From the IMG/VR virus record IMGVR_UViG_3300037400_006508, positions 32,001 through 96,000 of that record: 64,000 nt of DNA; one strand, given 5' to 3'. Below, piece after piece: positions 9,758-17,868 of this stretch; within the stretch, counting starts at the first letter, position 1, and each line of letters starts with the position of its first letter. The notes under the pieces were generated by a model that saw only the letters and a list, made by a program, of their open reading frames with translations, had not been told where the DNA came from and ran no database searches. A program made the position numbers and the translations under genes. Source of the DNA: a virus (taxonomy: Duplodnaviria > Caudoviricetes).

Positions 9758-10200
9758 AGGGTATCGGCCCGAACGTGATTCTGGTCAAGTCCGGCGACCC
9801 GTCTTTCCTGAAGGACATGTCCGTCGAAGGGCTCCTGAGAAGAATGCATCCGCCAGTCCCGCAGCCGGAACACCCTGCGGACCTGTCGGAGTTTTCCGAC
9901 GAGGAGCTCCAGGCGGAGCTTTCGAAGCTTCAGTCGGAGCTTTCGAAGCGACGGGCCGCCAGGGCCAGGGAGCTCTCCGAAAAGCGTCGCGACCACTTCG
10001 AGCGGTTCTGCCTTCTGTGCAGGAACTACCACGGTATGTTCAACGGAGGCCTCTGCTACTGGGGCGCAACCGCGCAGGACGTCACCAGCTGTTCCCGGTT
10101 CGACGATAGGAATGACGACAGGTGGACGCGAATTTACAAGGACGAGTACGAAAGATCGAAACCGAAAACAACAAACAAAAACAAGGAATACACAACATGA
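9754..10200 (+). CDS. hypothetical protein (coiled coil plus Cys cluster)
   Basis: ATGA overlap; CLLC...C...C. Confidence 0.65.
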   Translation: MKGIGPNVILVKSGDPSFLKDMSVEGLLRRMHPPVPQPEHPADLSEFSDEELQAELSKLQSELSKRRAARARELSEKRRDHFERFCLLCRNYHGMFNGGLCYWGATAQDVTSCSRFDDRNDDRWTRIYKDEYERSKPKTTNKNKEYTT

Positions 10201-10739
10201 AACTCGCACTAGTGACAATCTCCGCCATCGCCGGCATCTTTCTTGTCGGCGTCTGCATGGTGTACAGCTCCAAGAACGGAGCCATCTCGCTCGAGGAGAG
10301 CGTAAACGCCGCGAAGTCGGGAATCGACGTCCAACTTGTAAACAGATTCAACAAGTTGACCGAACTGGCCGAATGCGTGAAGAAGTACGACGAACACGAG
10401 TACAAGACGCTGCTCGAGGTGATCACGGCACGCGGCAAGAACATGTCGGCCAGCGACGCCAAGCAGTGCATCGCGGCCGTCAACGCCGTCGCGGAGCAAT
10501 ACCCGGAGCTCAGGTCGCAGTCGAACTACGCTCAGCTGATGACCGAGATTTCCCTGATGGAGAACCATCTGGCGCAGTCCAAGAAGGCGTACAACGAGTT
10601 CGTGCGCGACTACAACCGCCACGTCCGCAAGTTCCCGACTAGCATCTTCCTCGGATGGACAGGCTACGAGGTGGTCAAGTACGACTATTACGAGGCCGAT
10701 GAGTCCGTCAAGGACAGCAAGCCGATGACACTGTTCTAG
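10197..10739 (+). CDS. lemA: LemA family membrane protein
   Basis: N-terminal TM; AVAEQYPELRS...ENHLAQSKKAYNEFVRDYN...FPT; start ATG 10197. Confidence 0.9.
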   Translation: MKLALVTISAIAGIFLVGVCMVYSSKNGAISLEESVNAAKSGIDVQLVNRFNKLTELAECVKKYDEHEYKTLLEVITARGKNMSASDAKQCIAAVNAVAEQYPELRSQSNYAQLMTEISLMENHLAQSKKAYNEFVRDYNRHVRKFPTSIFLGWTGYEVVKYDYYEADESVKDSKPMTLF

Positions 10740-10741
10740 CC

Positions 10742-11503
10742 ATGGACAGGGTAGTCGTGACGCTGAGGGAGGCCATCTTCTCTGTCACGATCGCGTCCGT
10801 GCTATTCCTCGCCGGATTCCTGATCTCGACGAGGATAGAGCATGGTGTGAACCAGAGGAACCTCCGCTACAGGCAGGCAGCGAAGATCGCCACCGAGGAC
10901 GGGTTCCTCATCGGAGCCCGTACCGACATAGGATACGCCTTCGTAGAAGGCGAGTTCAAGGCCGTCGACACGGTGTCGCACGAAAAACTCGGAGGCCAGT
11001 GGCTGTGGATCATGGCCGACCACCAAAGGTACACGCGCCACACCAGGACCGTCACCTACACGACGACCGACGGAAAGGGCCATGTGCACACCCACACGAG
11101 GGTCGAGCATTATTGGACTTGGGACACCTTCAAGGTGGAGAAGTCCCATTCGAAGAAAGTCTCGTACATGGGTGTTGAATTTCCGTATGGAAAATTCGAC
11201 TATTCATGGGTCGGCAACAAATACAAGACCGTGGATACCGGTCTCAATACCAGGATCGAGTTCACGTCCATGCCGGCCAAGTTCCGTGCATCTGCGTTCA
11301 CCAAGCTCGAGAAAGGAACCGTTTCCGACGGGACCGGACTCAGGCCCGGTGTCCATATCGAAAAGCTGTACGAGTCGTGCACGAAATCGTATGCGGTGGT
11401 CGTGTTCTGGGTCTTATGGATTCTCCTGATGGCTGCCGCCGTCGTTGGATTCGTTGTCTTGGACAACAGATGGATAGAAGACAAACAGGATGAATTACAA
11501 TGA
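10742..11503 (+). CDS. two-TM membrane protein with large soluble loop (LemA-adjacent)
   Basis: N- and C-terminal hydrophobic helices; directly after lemA. Confidence 0.8.
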   Translation: MDRVVVTLREAIFSVTIASVLFLAGFLISTRIEHGVNQRNLRYRQAAKIATEDGFLIGARTDIGYAFVEGEFKAVDTVSHEKLGGQWLWIMADHQRYTRHTRTVTYTTTDGKGHVHTHTRVEHYWTWDTFKVEKSHSKKVSYMGVEFPYGKFDYSWVGNKYKTVDTGLNTRIEFTSMPAKFRASAFTKLEKGTVSDGTGLRPGVHIEKLYESCTKSYAVVVFWVLWILLMAAAVVGFVVLDNRWIEDKQDELQ

Positions 11504-11745
11504 CTAGCGAAGAAGTAACCAATCTACGTCATGCCACGGAGGGCATGACGAGGCTGGACTGGGCCGCAAGGCTGATAGCCGAGACCAGTTCGTCGTTTCC
11601 GACGGGCAAGGGTCACATCGAAGGGGTGGAGGAGCTGGAGACGACCCTCCGCCTTGTTCGGCACATGCACGACGTTCTCATGAGCCGCGCATGGAATCAG
11701 TTCGACAAGATGAAAAGGAAGGCAGAAAAGAATGACCGAAAATAA
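11500..11745 (+). CDS. hypothetical protein
   Basis: ATGA overlap. Confidence 0.65.
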   Translation: MTSEEVTNLRHATEGMTRLDWAARLIAETSSSFPTGKGHIEGVEELETTLRLVRHMHDVLMSRAWNQFDKMKRKAEKNDRK

Positions 11746-11941
11746 TGAAGAAGGCGTCCGTACCGTGGACGCCTTGAGCGAGGAAGAGTTCCTCAAGCTC
11801 GTGCTCAATACTTTGAATAGCACCGACGAACTGAAGAGTCTGGGAAAGGGCATGATGGAATTGGCCGAAGGAGTCGCCACGGCTATCGTTCGTCTTGCCT
11901 ATGACCGCAAGGTCGTCATCGTAAGAAAGGAGAACGAATGA
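11732..11941 (+). CDS. hypothetical protein
   Basis: Overlapping ORF in gene array. Confidence 0.65.
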   Translation: MTENNEEGVRTVDALSEEEFLKLVLNTLNSTDELKSLGKGMMELAEGVATAIVRLAYDRKVVIVRKENE

Positions 11942-12138
11942 AAGAGTACAACGTGAAGGCCGGAGGCGAGGTTGTCGTCTCAGACGGGTTCAAGACGCTG
12001 AAGCAGGCCAAGGCGGAGATCGCACGGTTCAAGGAGTCGGATTCCGCGTACGACATCTGTCGGCCGGAGGGCTGGTACAAGATCGTGGTCCGCGAGATCG
12101 GACCGTGGCGAATTGTAAAGGACAAGAAGCATGCATAA
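11938..12138 (+). CDS. hypothetical protein
   Basis: AAGGAG RBS; ATGA overlap. Confidence 0.7.
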   Translation: MKEYNVKAGGEVVVSDGFKTLKQAKAEIARFKESDSAYDICRPEGWYKIVVREIGPWRIVKDKKHA

Positions 12139-12150
12139 CAAGGAGAAGCG

Positions 12151-12609
12151 ATGATCAAGGTATACCTGGCCGGACCCGTTGTGGCGGAGAAGGCGATCAC
12201 GGACAGGGTCGACGCCGTATGCACGCTTCTCAGACGCTGGGGCTCTGACGTGGGGGTCTACCGTCCGTGCGAACACCGGGTCCCGAACGCCTGGGGCATC
12301 TCCCAGGAATCGTGGGCGCAATGCGTTTTCACGATGGACGTGCTGGCGATCGACGAATGCGACTGGGTTGTGGCATGCGACTTCGGGCGCCAGCACGCGG
12401 CAATGGGTACGGCATGGGAATGCGGCTACGCATTCGCCAAGGGCAAGCGCATTCTCGTGGTTACGATGCCCGGAGTCGACGAGTCGTCGCTCATGCTGGA
12501 AGGTTGCGCCTCGTGCGTGTGGAGCATCCCCGGAATGGGGCAGTGCAAGGAGCCGTCCGAGCTGTTCTACGAGCGCGGGCGGGAAAGGAACGAAAGGAAG
12601 CTGACATGA
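12151..12609 (+). CDS. nucleoside 2-deoxyribosyltransferase / nucleotide N-hydrolase family protein
   Basis: KVYLAGP...DVLAIDECDWVVA...GTAWECGYAFAKGK signature. Confidence 0.85.
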   Translation: MIKVYLAGPVVAEKAITDRVDAVCTLLRRWGSDVGVYRPCEHRVPNAWGISQESWAQCVFTMDVLAIDECDWVVACDFGRQHAAMGTAWECGYAFAKGKRILVVTMPGVDESSLMLEGCASCVWSIPGMGQCKEPSELFYERGRERNERKLT

Positions 12610-13109
12610 AGATCATTCTCATCACGGACGGCGACTGGTCGCGTGGCGACTCGTACCAGGATGCCTTCGAAAAACTGGAAAAGTACGTAAACGACAATTA
12701 CTATCGGAATCCCGATCTCTACGACAAGCGAGAGGTCAAGCCGGAGGTGATGATCGTGACGGACGACGATACGGCAGAGCTCGACAGCTACGGGCAGCTC
12801 ATTACGGAAGGAGGCAGCTGGTGGCTCAAGATCCCGCTTGAAGGAAAGCGCGGTCCGAGCGGAAACTACCGCTTCGACATCATGCAGAAACTCAAGGACG
12901 AGGACTACAAGGAGGAGGTCGAGAACCACCTGATCGCCACGTACGGCGAGGAGTTCCACGCCTTCTGCGAGAAGCAGGGATACTGCGAGTCTGGGAAGTG
13001 CGAGTTCAAGGGCAAGGTGACGTCCGACGACGAAAGCTGCTTCCAGATGTGGTACGAGAAGTACAAGAAGCCGGAGCGAGACAAGGAGAGGAAAGATGGA
13101 AAGTCTTAA
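12606..13109 (+). CDS. hypothetical protein
   Basis: Start ATG 12606 (ATGA overlap). Confidence 0.7.
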   Translation: MKIILITDGDWSRGDSYQDAFEKLEKYVNDNYYRNPDLYDKREVKPEVMIVTDDDTAELDSYGQLITEGGSWWLKIPLEGKRGPSGNYRFDIMQKLKDEDYKEEVENHLIATYGEEFHAFCEKQGYCESGKCEFKGKVTSDDESCFQMWYEKYKKPERDKERKDGKS

Positions 13110-13284
13110 CATGGAAAAATGTTCCGAGTGCGGACACAAAGCCCATCTGGTTCATGACGACCTTGGATACTTCGCCGAGTGCGCGTATGACTTCTGCGGC
13201 AACACGACGGAGTACTTCGACAAACCGGAGGAGGCGATCGAGGCATGGAACGAGAGAAACAGACCGAAGTTCGACGTCCCGTGA
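13096..13284 (+). CDS. Lar family restriction alleviation-like zinc-finger protein
   Basis: CSECG...C...CG...EEAIEAWNER. Confidence 0.75.
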   Translation: MESLNMEKCSECGHKAHLVHDDLGYFAECAYDFCGNTTEYFDKPEEAIEAWNERNRPKFDVP

Positions 13285-13642
13285 AGGAGGACAGCATGGA
13301 ATTGACAAGAGAGGAAGTTGACCGATATTGCTCGCTTAGCGCAAAGATCGAACAAAAAGCCAGGGAGATCGTCAATACATTAGGAGAACGGTTTCTAGCG
13401 GCTAACGAAAAATTCGATGACGGAACCGGGTACGTCCTTGTCACGCACAACCCGATAGCCGTAATTGCAAAGCCTCTTTTCTTAAAAACGTCTGACGAGC
13501 TTAAAGAGATAAACTGGAAGCTCGCCGATGAAAAAAGAAAAGAGGAAGCCGAGGCCAGGGAAGAACGCGAAAAGAATGAAAAAGCAAAGCGCTATCAGGA
13601 GTACCTGAGGCTCAAAAAGGAATTCGACATTCCGTGAAGGAG
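13270..13642 (+). repeat. imperfect 20-bp direct repeat flanking one gene
   Basis: TTCGACGTCCCGTGAAGGAG (13270-13289) vs TTCGACATTCCGTGAAGGAG (13623-13642), 18/20 identical. Confidence 0.75.
13296..13637 (+). CDS. hypothetical protein (AT-richer than neighbours)
   Basis: AAGGAGG RBS, ATG 13296. Confidence 0.75.
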   Translation: MELTREEVDRYCSLSAKIEQKAREIVNTLGERFLAANEKFDDGTGYVLVTHNPIAVIAKPLFLKTSDELKEINWKLADEKRKEEAEAREEREKNEKAKRYQEYLRLKKEFDIP

Positions 13643-13650
13643 TAAAAACC

Positions 13651-13908
13651 ATGCTCGTGACAGACTCAAACGGAGAGTACTACAACAGACATCTGCTGCG
13701 GTTCGATGAGGACTTTGTTCAGCTAACGTTTCCTATCACGGATGAACAGCTGACAAAGTTGAACGAAGCAATGGACGAGGACGTGTCGGAACCGGACTGC
13801 CCGTTTGAAGAGTGGGTGACCAGGATTCTCGACTATGTGGGGATCAAACGCGAACACTGGATGTTCCTGTGGCTTGATCCGTGCTTTACGGTAAAACAAT
13901 CCTACTAG
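13651..13908 (+). CDS. hypothetical protein
   Basis: AAGGAG RBS; similar to 9187-9492. Confidence 0.7.
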   Translation: MLVTDSNGEYYNRHLLRFDEDFVQLTFPITDEQLTKLNEAMDEDVSEPDCPFEEWVTRILDYVGIKREHWMFLWLDPCFTVKQSY

Positions 13909-13921
13909 ACAACATCTAGAC

Positions 13922-14236
13922 ATGAAAGAACATTTCGACTGCAATCTTCCCGGGCTTCTGGAAGAGGTGCTGAACAATCCGACCTGCGCGATCCTGAAGG
14001 TACCGATCAACATAACGAAAGGAATCCTGGCGGAGCTCGCGCATCTCGCCATCGAGATCGACGACGACCGTCTGCACATCATGATGCTGCGACTCGGATT
14101 GTACGATCTGTCCGCAGCGGAACGTGTAAAGAAAATAGACGAGTTGAGAGAAAAGGTTCGCAAGGACCTGTACAAGCGCATTGGCATAAAGTCAAGCGAA
14201 ATTTCCAAGAAGGAGGAAAACAATGCCAAGCTGTAA
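13922..14236 (+). CDS. hypothetical protein
   Basis: ORF with typical codon usage. Confidence 0.7.
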   Translation: MKEHFDCNLPGLLEEVLNNPTCAILKVPINITKGILAELAHLAIEIDDDRLHIMMLRLGLYDLSAAERVKKIDELREKVRKDLYKRIGIKSSEISKKEENNAKL

Positions 14237-14714
14237 GTACTGCAACGAGCCGATGACGCGTAAGAACGACCATCTGAAGGTGTCGTTCTACATGTGTCCG
14301 AAGTGCGGAGCCCGCGGCCCGTCCGTGAAGATGGACCACCTTGGCTGGAAGGAGGAGCTCGATGCGAAGACCCTTGGCCAGAGCATCGAAGTCAAGGCAA
14401 CTTCCGCGGAGGACGATCTGCGAAAGCGCAATGCCGTGCTGTCCGCCCGATGCTCCAGGCTCAAGGCCTGCGAGCTTCCGAACAACGCCAAGCTCGAGCG
14501 CGACGTCAACAACAGGATCCGCAATCTGCAGGCAAACCGGAAGGAACTGAACAAGCACGCGTACCTCAGGGATCTGGCCCATCTCTACAAGCAGAAGGCT
14601 ACGTTCCTGGAGTACAAGACCGGGTTCGAGAAGGAGTTCGCAGGCCTGAGGCAGCAGATTCGCGAGAACAAGCGAAAGCTTTCGGAGTTGAAAAAATCGA
14701 AGTCCCGAGTATAA
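14223..14714 (+). CDS. zinc-ribbon plus basic coiled-coil protein
   Basis: CKYC...CPKC; AAGGAGG RBS. Confidence 0.75.
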   Translation: MPSCKYCNEPMTRKNDHLKVSFYMCPKCGARGPSVKMDHLGWKEELDAKTLGQSIEVKATSAEDDLRKRNAVLSARCSRLKACELPNNAKLERDVNNRIRNLQANRKELNKHAYLRDLAHLYKQKATFLEYKTGFEKEFAGLRQQIRENKRKLSELKKSKSRV

Positions 14715-14715
14715 T
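14688..14715 (+). promoter_or_regulatory. sigma70-like promoter
   Basis: TTGAAA-N16-TATAAT. Confidence 0.65.
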
Positions 14716-14721
14716 GTATGC

Positions 14722-14962
14722 CTCCATGCGGTTCAACGGTTGCCGCATGGAACCCGCCGGGCTGGAAGTGGCCTGATTGACTGCGTGCCCCTGCAGGAGA
14801 GCGGATGTGGGGACTGGGGGACGGAGCACCGTGCAGCGCATGCGGCCGTCGACTCTTTCGAGGAGATGAATGCCCTCGGACATTGATGACCGCCAAGGCG
14901 AAGGTGGTGGGGTCCTTTGTAACCCGAGACAATGCGCACGCCGGCACTCCCGCAGGGGCATG
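14722..14962 (+). ncRNA. candidate structured non-coding RNA of unknown family
   Basis: Starts just after the promoter; hairpins 14723-14751 and 14758-14775; long-range helix 14786-14799 with 14947-14960 enclosing further stems. Confidence 0.5.
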
Positions 14963-14973
14963 GGGGATTTCTG

Positions 14974-15002
14974 TTGACAACCTCCTGGATTGCCTGTAGT
15001 GT
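14974..15002 (+). promoter_or_regulatory. sigma70-like promoter
   Basis: TTGACA-N17-TAGTGT. Confidence 0.6.
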
Positions 15003-15026
15003 ATGGCGGCAACCCAGGAGGTTCCG

Positions 15027-15455
15027 ATGAAGTTCAAGATACCGAGGCTGGACAGCCCTCTCAACCGCACCAAGAAGAAGGAGGTCTTCAACGACAGACT
15101 TCCACGCGAATGGAAGAAGCTCAAGCAGCTTTTCGAGGCTGAGCTGAAATCGTACGAGAAGGACTGGTCCGTCGAGGACTGGAGGGAGAAGGCGGGGCTG
15201 TACGCCGACATGGTTGCCGTGAAGACGGCCGTCTGCGACGAGGACTGCTTCCACATGCAGATGGAGGACGGTACCATGAATCCTGACACCAAGGACAAGA
15301 TGGGGTACGCTGCACGTCTGGCCAACAGACTGGTGAAGGAAGGGGCCGGTTGTATCCTGCAGTCCGTCAAGGATTCGTTCTCCGTTGGAATGTCCTGGCA
15401 ATCTCGTTCGGGTGATCCGGACGAGATTGTTCAGGTTATAGAGATCGGGTTCTGA
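15027..15455 (+). CDS. hypothetical protein
   Basis: AGGAGGT RBS before ATG 15027. Confidence 0.75.
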   Translation: MKFKIPRLDSPLNRTKKKEVFNDRLPREWKKLKQLFEAELKSYEKDWSVEDWREKAGLYADMVAVKTAVCDEDCFHMQMEDGTMNPDTKDKMGYAARLANRLVKEGAGCILQSVKDSFSVGMSWQSRSGDPDEIVQVIEIGF

Positions 15456-15460
15456 GCGAA

Positions 15461-15481
15461 GGGAGGCCCGTCGGGCCTCCC
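15461..15481. repeat. perfect GC-rich inverted repeat (hairpin, no U-tract)
   Basis: GGGAGGCCCG-T-CGGGCCTCCC. Confidence 0.7.
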
Positions 15482-15933
15482 GAGCGCCATATTGACGCCG
15501 TAGGCAGCCGCGAAGCGGTTGGCATATTGCTCCTGCGCAACGACGGCCGCAGGCCGGCGGGTGCGAGATGCGTATTTGGAAAGGTGTAGGGAAACCTTGG
15601 TTTCCCACAGTGAAGAAGAGAAGAAAGGGAAGGAGAGGGATGAGAGAGTATTATAATAGGGGTACGGGGGAAGAGAAGAGAGGGAGCAGGGAGGACCTCG
15701 GGAAGGAGGGGAAGGAACGCTTGAAAAATTATTATGCGTCAAGTCCCTGTTTTCCAGTATGTTGTTACGCTCTAGCTTCAGGTTATTAACAACCTGTTTA
15801 TAAGTCTCTCCATGCTGTTGTAGGTTAAGTGTATGCATTTTCAGGTTATAATTACTTGAATGGGCCAGTTTCGTCATTCACACCAGGGGTGGTTCCCGGG
15901 TGGCTGGCCCAACCGCAAACAAAAGGAGAAACC
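15482..15933. other. non-coding region with purine tract, AT-rich block and palindromes (candidate origin or regulatory hub)
   Basis: G/A-rich tract ~15612-15717; AT-rich 15721-15860; palindromes 15779-15796 and 15840-15860; TATAAT at 15847-15852. Confidence 0.5.
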
Positions 15934-16737
15934 ATGAGCAAGATCGGACTAGCAGCCGCATTCCACCATTACGACGAGGACGGGGCGTTCATCCCCGCTT
16001 CGCGTCTCGTGGAGGGCGGACCGTTCGACGGCCAGGTGGCGCCGCTGATCGGCGCAATCGTCGCGTGGGACGGACACGCGGCTACGTGGGGCTTCATCAA
16101 GTACGAGGCCCCGCGGATCTTCCCCCGCTACGAAGGCGGGGCCTGGGTCATCGACCCCAGGAAGCCGAACCGGGCCGCGAACGTGGCCACGACCCGGGTG
16201 GGCACCGTGCACTGCTCCGTGTGCGGACAGTCCGTCAAGACTCCCGTCAAGGGGTGCCGGGACGAAAAGGTCAAGTGTCCGCTGTGCGGAGCGGACAGGA
16301 CCTCTGTCGCCGTCGTCAAGGAGAACTCGCACGAGTTCGACGAGATGTTCGGTGACATCAAGGACGCCATGCTCGGCTACGCGAAGACCGCGGCGGCCGA
16401 GGACGTCCCGTTCCAGTTCCCGCTCGTCGTCTGCGGGAGCTCCACGCTGAAGCCCGGCGATTCCCTCGTCCCACCGGACGCTCAGGGGATCGCCCAGAGC
16501 CACGGCCGAGCCCTGGTCGCCCTCCGTTCGATGGCGGGGGGACTCAACGACCTGGTCAACGCCGGCACGGACGACGACACGGACCTCTCCATCATCCCCG
16601 GGATCTACTACGGTTCCATGAGCGAGGAGGAGGTCCGCAACGGCGCCACCTGGGGCGAAGGTGCCGCCGGCTTCTATCTCCGGATGAGGCTTCCGGAGAA
16701 GAAGCGCTGCGCTCCGTTCCATTCCTTCCGATACTAG
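15934..16737 (+). CDS. hypothetical protein with zinc ribbon
   Basis: AAAGGAG RBS before ATG 15934; CSVC...CPLC. Confidence 0.75.
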   Translation: MSKIGLAAAFHHYDEDGAFIPASRLVEGGPFDGQVAPLIGAIVAWDGHAATWGFIKYEAPRIFPRYEGGAWVIDPRKPNRAANVATTRVGTVHCSVCGQSVKTPVKGCRDEKVKCPLCGADRTSVAVVKENSHEFDEMFGDIKDAMLGYAKTAAAEDVPFQFPLVVCGSSTLKPGDSLVPPDAQGIAQSHGRALVALRSMAGGLNDLVNAGTDDDTDLSIIPGIYYGSMSEEEVRNGATWGEGAAGFYLRMRLPEKKRCAPFHSFRY

Positions 16738-16738
16738 G

Positions 16739-17023
16739 ATGGACGGTTGCGCCCTGGCCCGCGAGATCCTCCGCTACCGCAGACGGATCGGCATCACGCA
16801 GGCCGAGCTCGCCCGGAGGACCGGGGCGAGCGCGAGGTCGGTCAAGCGCTGGGAGAAGGGATTCCTTCCCCAGACGCGCCACCTCGAACGCCTCGGTCCG
16901 GCCCTGGGCATGACGCTGTCCGAGAGGGCGGCGTTCATGGGCGCGGCCGCGTCGCTCCGGTCGCGCTATTGCCATCCGGCCCCTTCTGTGGTAGCATCCG
17001 TGCGCGATGCAGATCACAGATAG
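16739..17023 (+). CDS. XRE-family helix-turn-helix regulator
   Basis: RRRIGITQAELARRTGASARSVKRWEKG..P. Confidence 0.85.
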   Translation: MDGCALAREILRYRRRIGITQAELARRTGASARSVKRWEKGFLPQTRHLERLGPALGMTLSERAAFMGAAASLRSRYCHPAPSVVASVRDADHR

Positions 17024-17288
17024 GTTCAGGTCGGAGTTCGGCAGCCTGGTCGACGAGGCCCGCGGAATGATCAAGCTGATCAATTCCGTCAAGGGCCACC
17101 TGGCGTCGAAGCACCGCGACGACCCCCTCTACCGCATGACGCTCAAGCGCCTGCGCGAGGACGGGATCCGTCTCGCTTCGTACGCGGAGTGCGTTTCGCT
17201 CCTCTCCTCGGACGAGGACCGCGACGCGCTTCTCTCCGGATTCGGATGCAGCTGGGACCCCGACAAAAAGAGGGTCGACCTGCACTGA
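17007..17288 (+). CDS. hypothetical protein
   Basis: Overlaps end of XRE gene. Confidence 0.6.
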   Translation: MQITDRFRSEFGSLVDEARGMIKLINSVKGHLASKHRDDPLYRMTLKRLREDGIRLASYAECVSLLSSDEDRDALLSGFGCSWDPDKKRVDLH

Positions 17289-17372
17289 TCCGGATAAAGC
17301 TCGCGCAAGCGACGAGCCCGCGTTCGCCGAGACGACGGGCCGTACAATCCATTCGGCACGGGGACTCTGAGC

Positions 17373-17735
17373 ATGAGCTTCAGGTTTTCCACCGCGGGCA
17401 ACCGCATCAACGACGAGCTGTACGCTCGTCTCAAACAGGCTCGCCGCATCGGCCTTCACGGCGAGCTTGTCTTCGTCAAGGCCAGGTCCAGCCACCGGTT
17501 CGAGGTGCACTTCTCCGACGGGACCCAAAAGGTCCTCGCCGGGGAGGTCCGACTCATGAACCTGCTCCAGAGGGACATCGAGGCGGAACCTGCCCGTCGT
17601 ATCCTCTGGAAGGCCTCGCATCCGGGAGGTTCCGACCAGACGGTCGGGATCGACGAGCGGATTGTCGAGACCTCGGTTTCGGCCGAGACCGACCAGGATC
17701 TGGCGCATCACCGCAAGGTAGGCGCGAACTCCTGA
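17373..17735 (+). CDS. hypothetical protein
   Basis: ORF ending just before terminator. Confidence 0.65.
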   Translation: MSFRFSTAGNRINDELYARLKQARRIGLHGELVFVKARSSHRFEVHFSDGTQKVLAGEVRLMNLLQRDIEAEPARRILWKASHPGGSDQTVGIDERIVETSVSAETDQDLAHHRKVGANS

Positions 17736-17737
17736 GG

Positions 17738-17769
17738 AAAGGGGGCGGGTACGCCCGCCCCTTTTTCTT
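17738..17769 (+). terminator. rho-independent terminator
   Basis: GGGGCGGG-TACG-CCCGCCCC followed by TTTTTCTT. Confidence 0.85.
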
Positions 17770-17808
17770 AGCTATTGGACGATTTGAAAATTCCCCACGG
17801 AAAAGGTG

Positions 17809-17837
17809 TTGACATAGAATCGTTGTTGTGCTACTGT
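17809..17837 (+). promoter_or_regulatory. sigma70-like promoter with extended -10
   Basis: TTGACA-N17-TACTGT, TGn before -10, A-rich upstream. Confidence 0.7.
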
Positions 17838-17868
17838 CAGTGCCAACCCACCAATCACATCCATCGAT

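Noticed and set aside
9910-9950. Short tandem duplication (CGGAGCTTTCGAAGC twice)
   Set aside because: Explained by a one-heptad duplication within a coiled coil.
14722-14962. Assignment as tmRNA, SRP RNA, RNase P RNA or 6S RNA
   Set aside because: It lacks tRNA-like ends, the SRP helix-8 motif and GAGGAAAGUCC, and looks multibranched rather than a simple rod. Left as unknown.
14805-14999. 64-aa ORF with CSAC...ECP and an AGGAG RBS
   Set aside because: Codon usage is atypical, and it overlaps the predicted RNA structure and the next promoter. Kept only as an alternative explanation.
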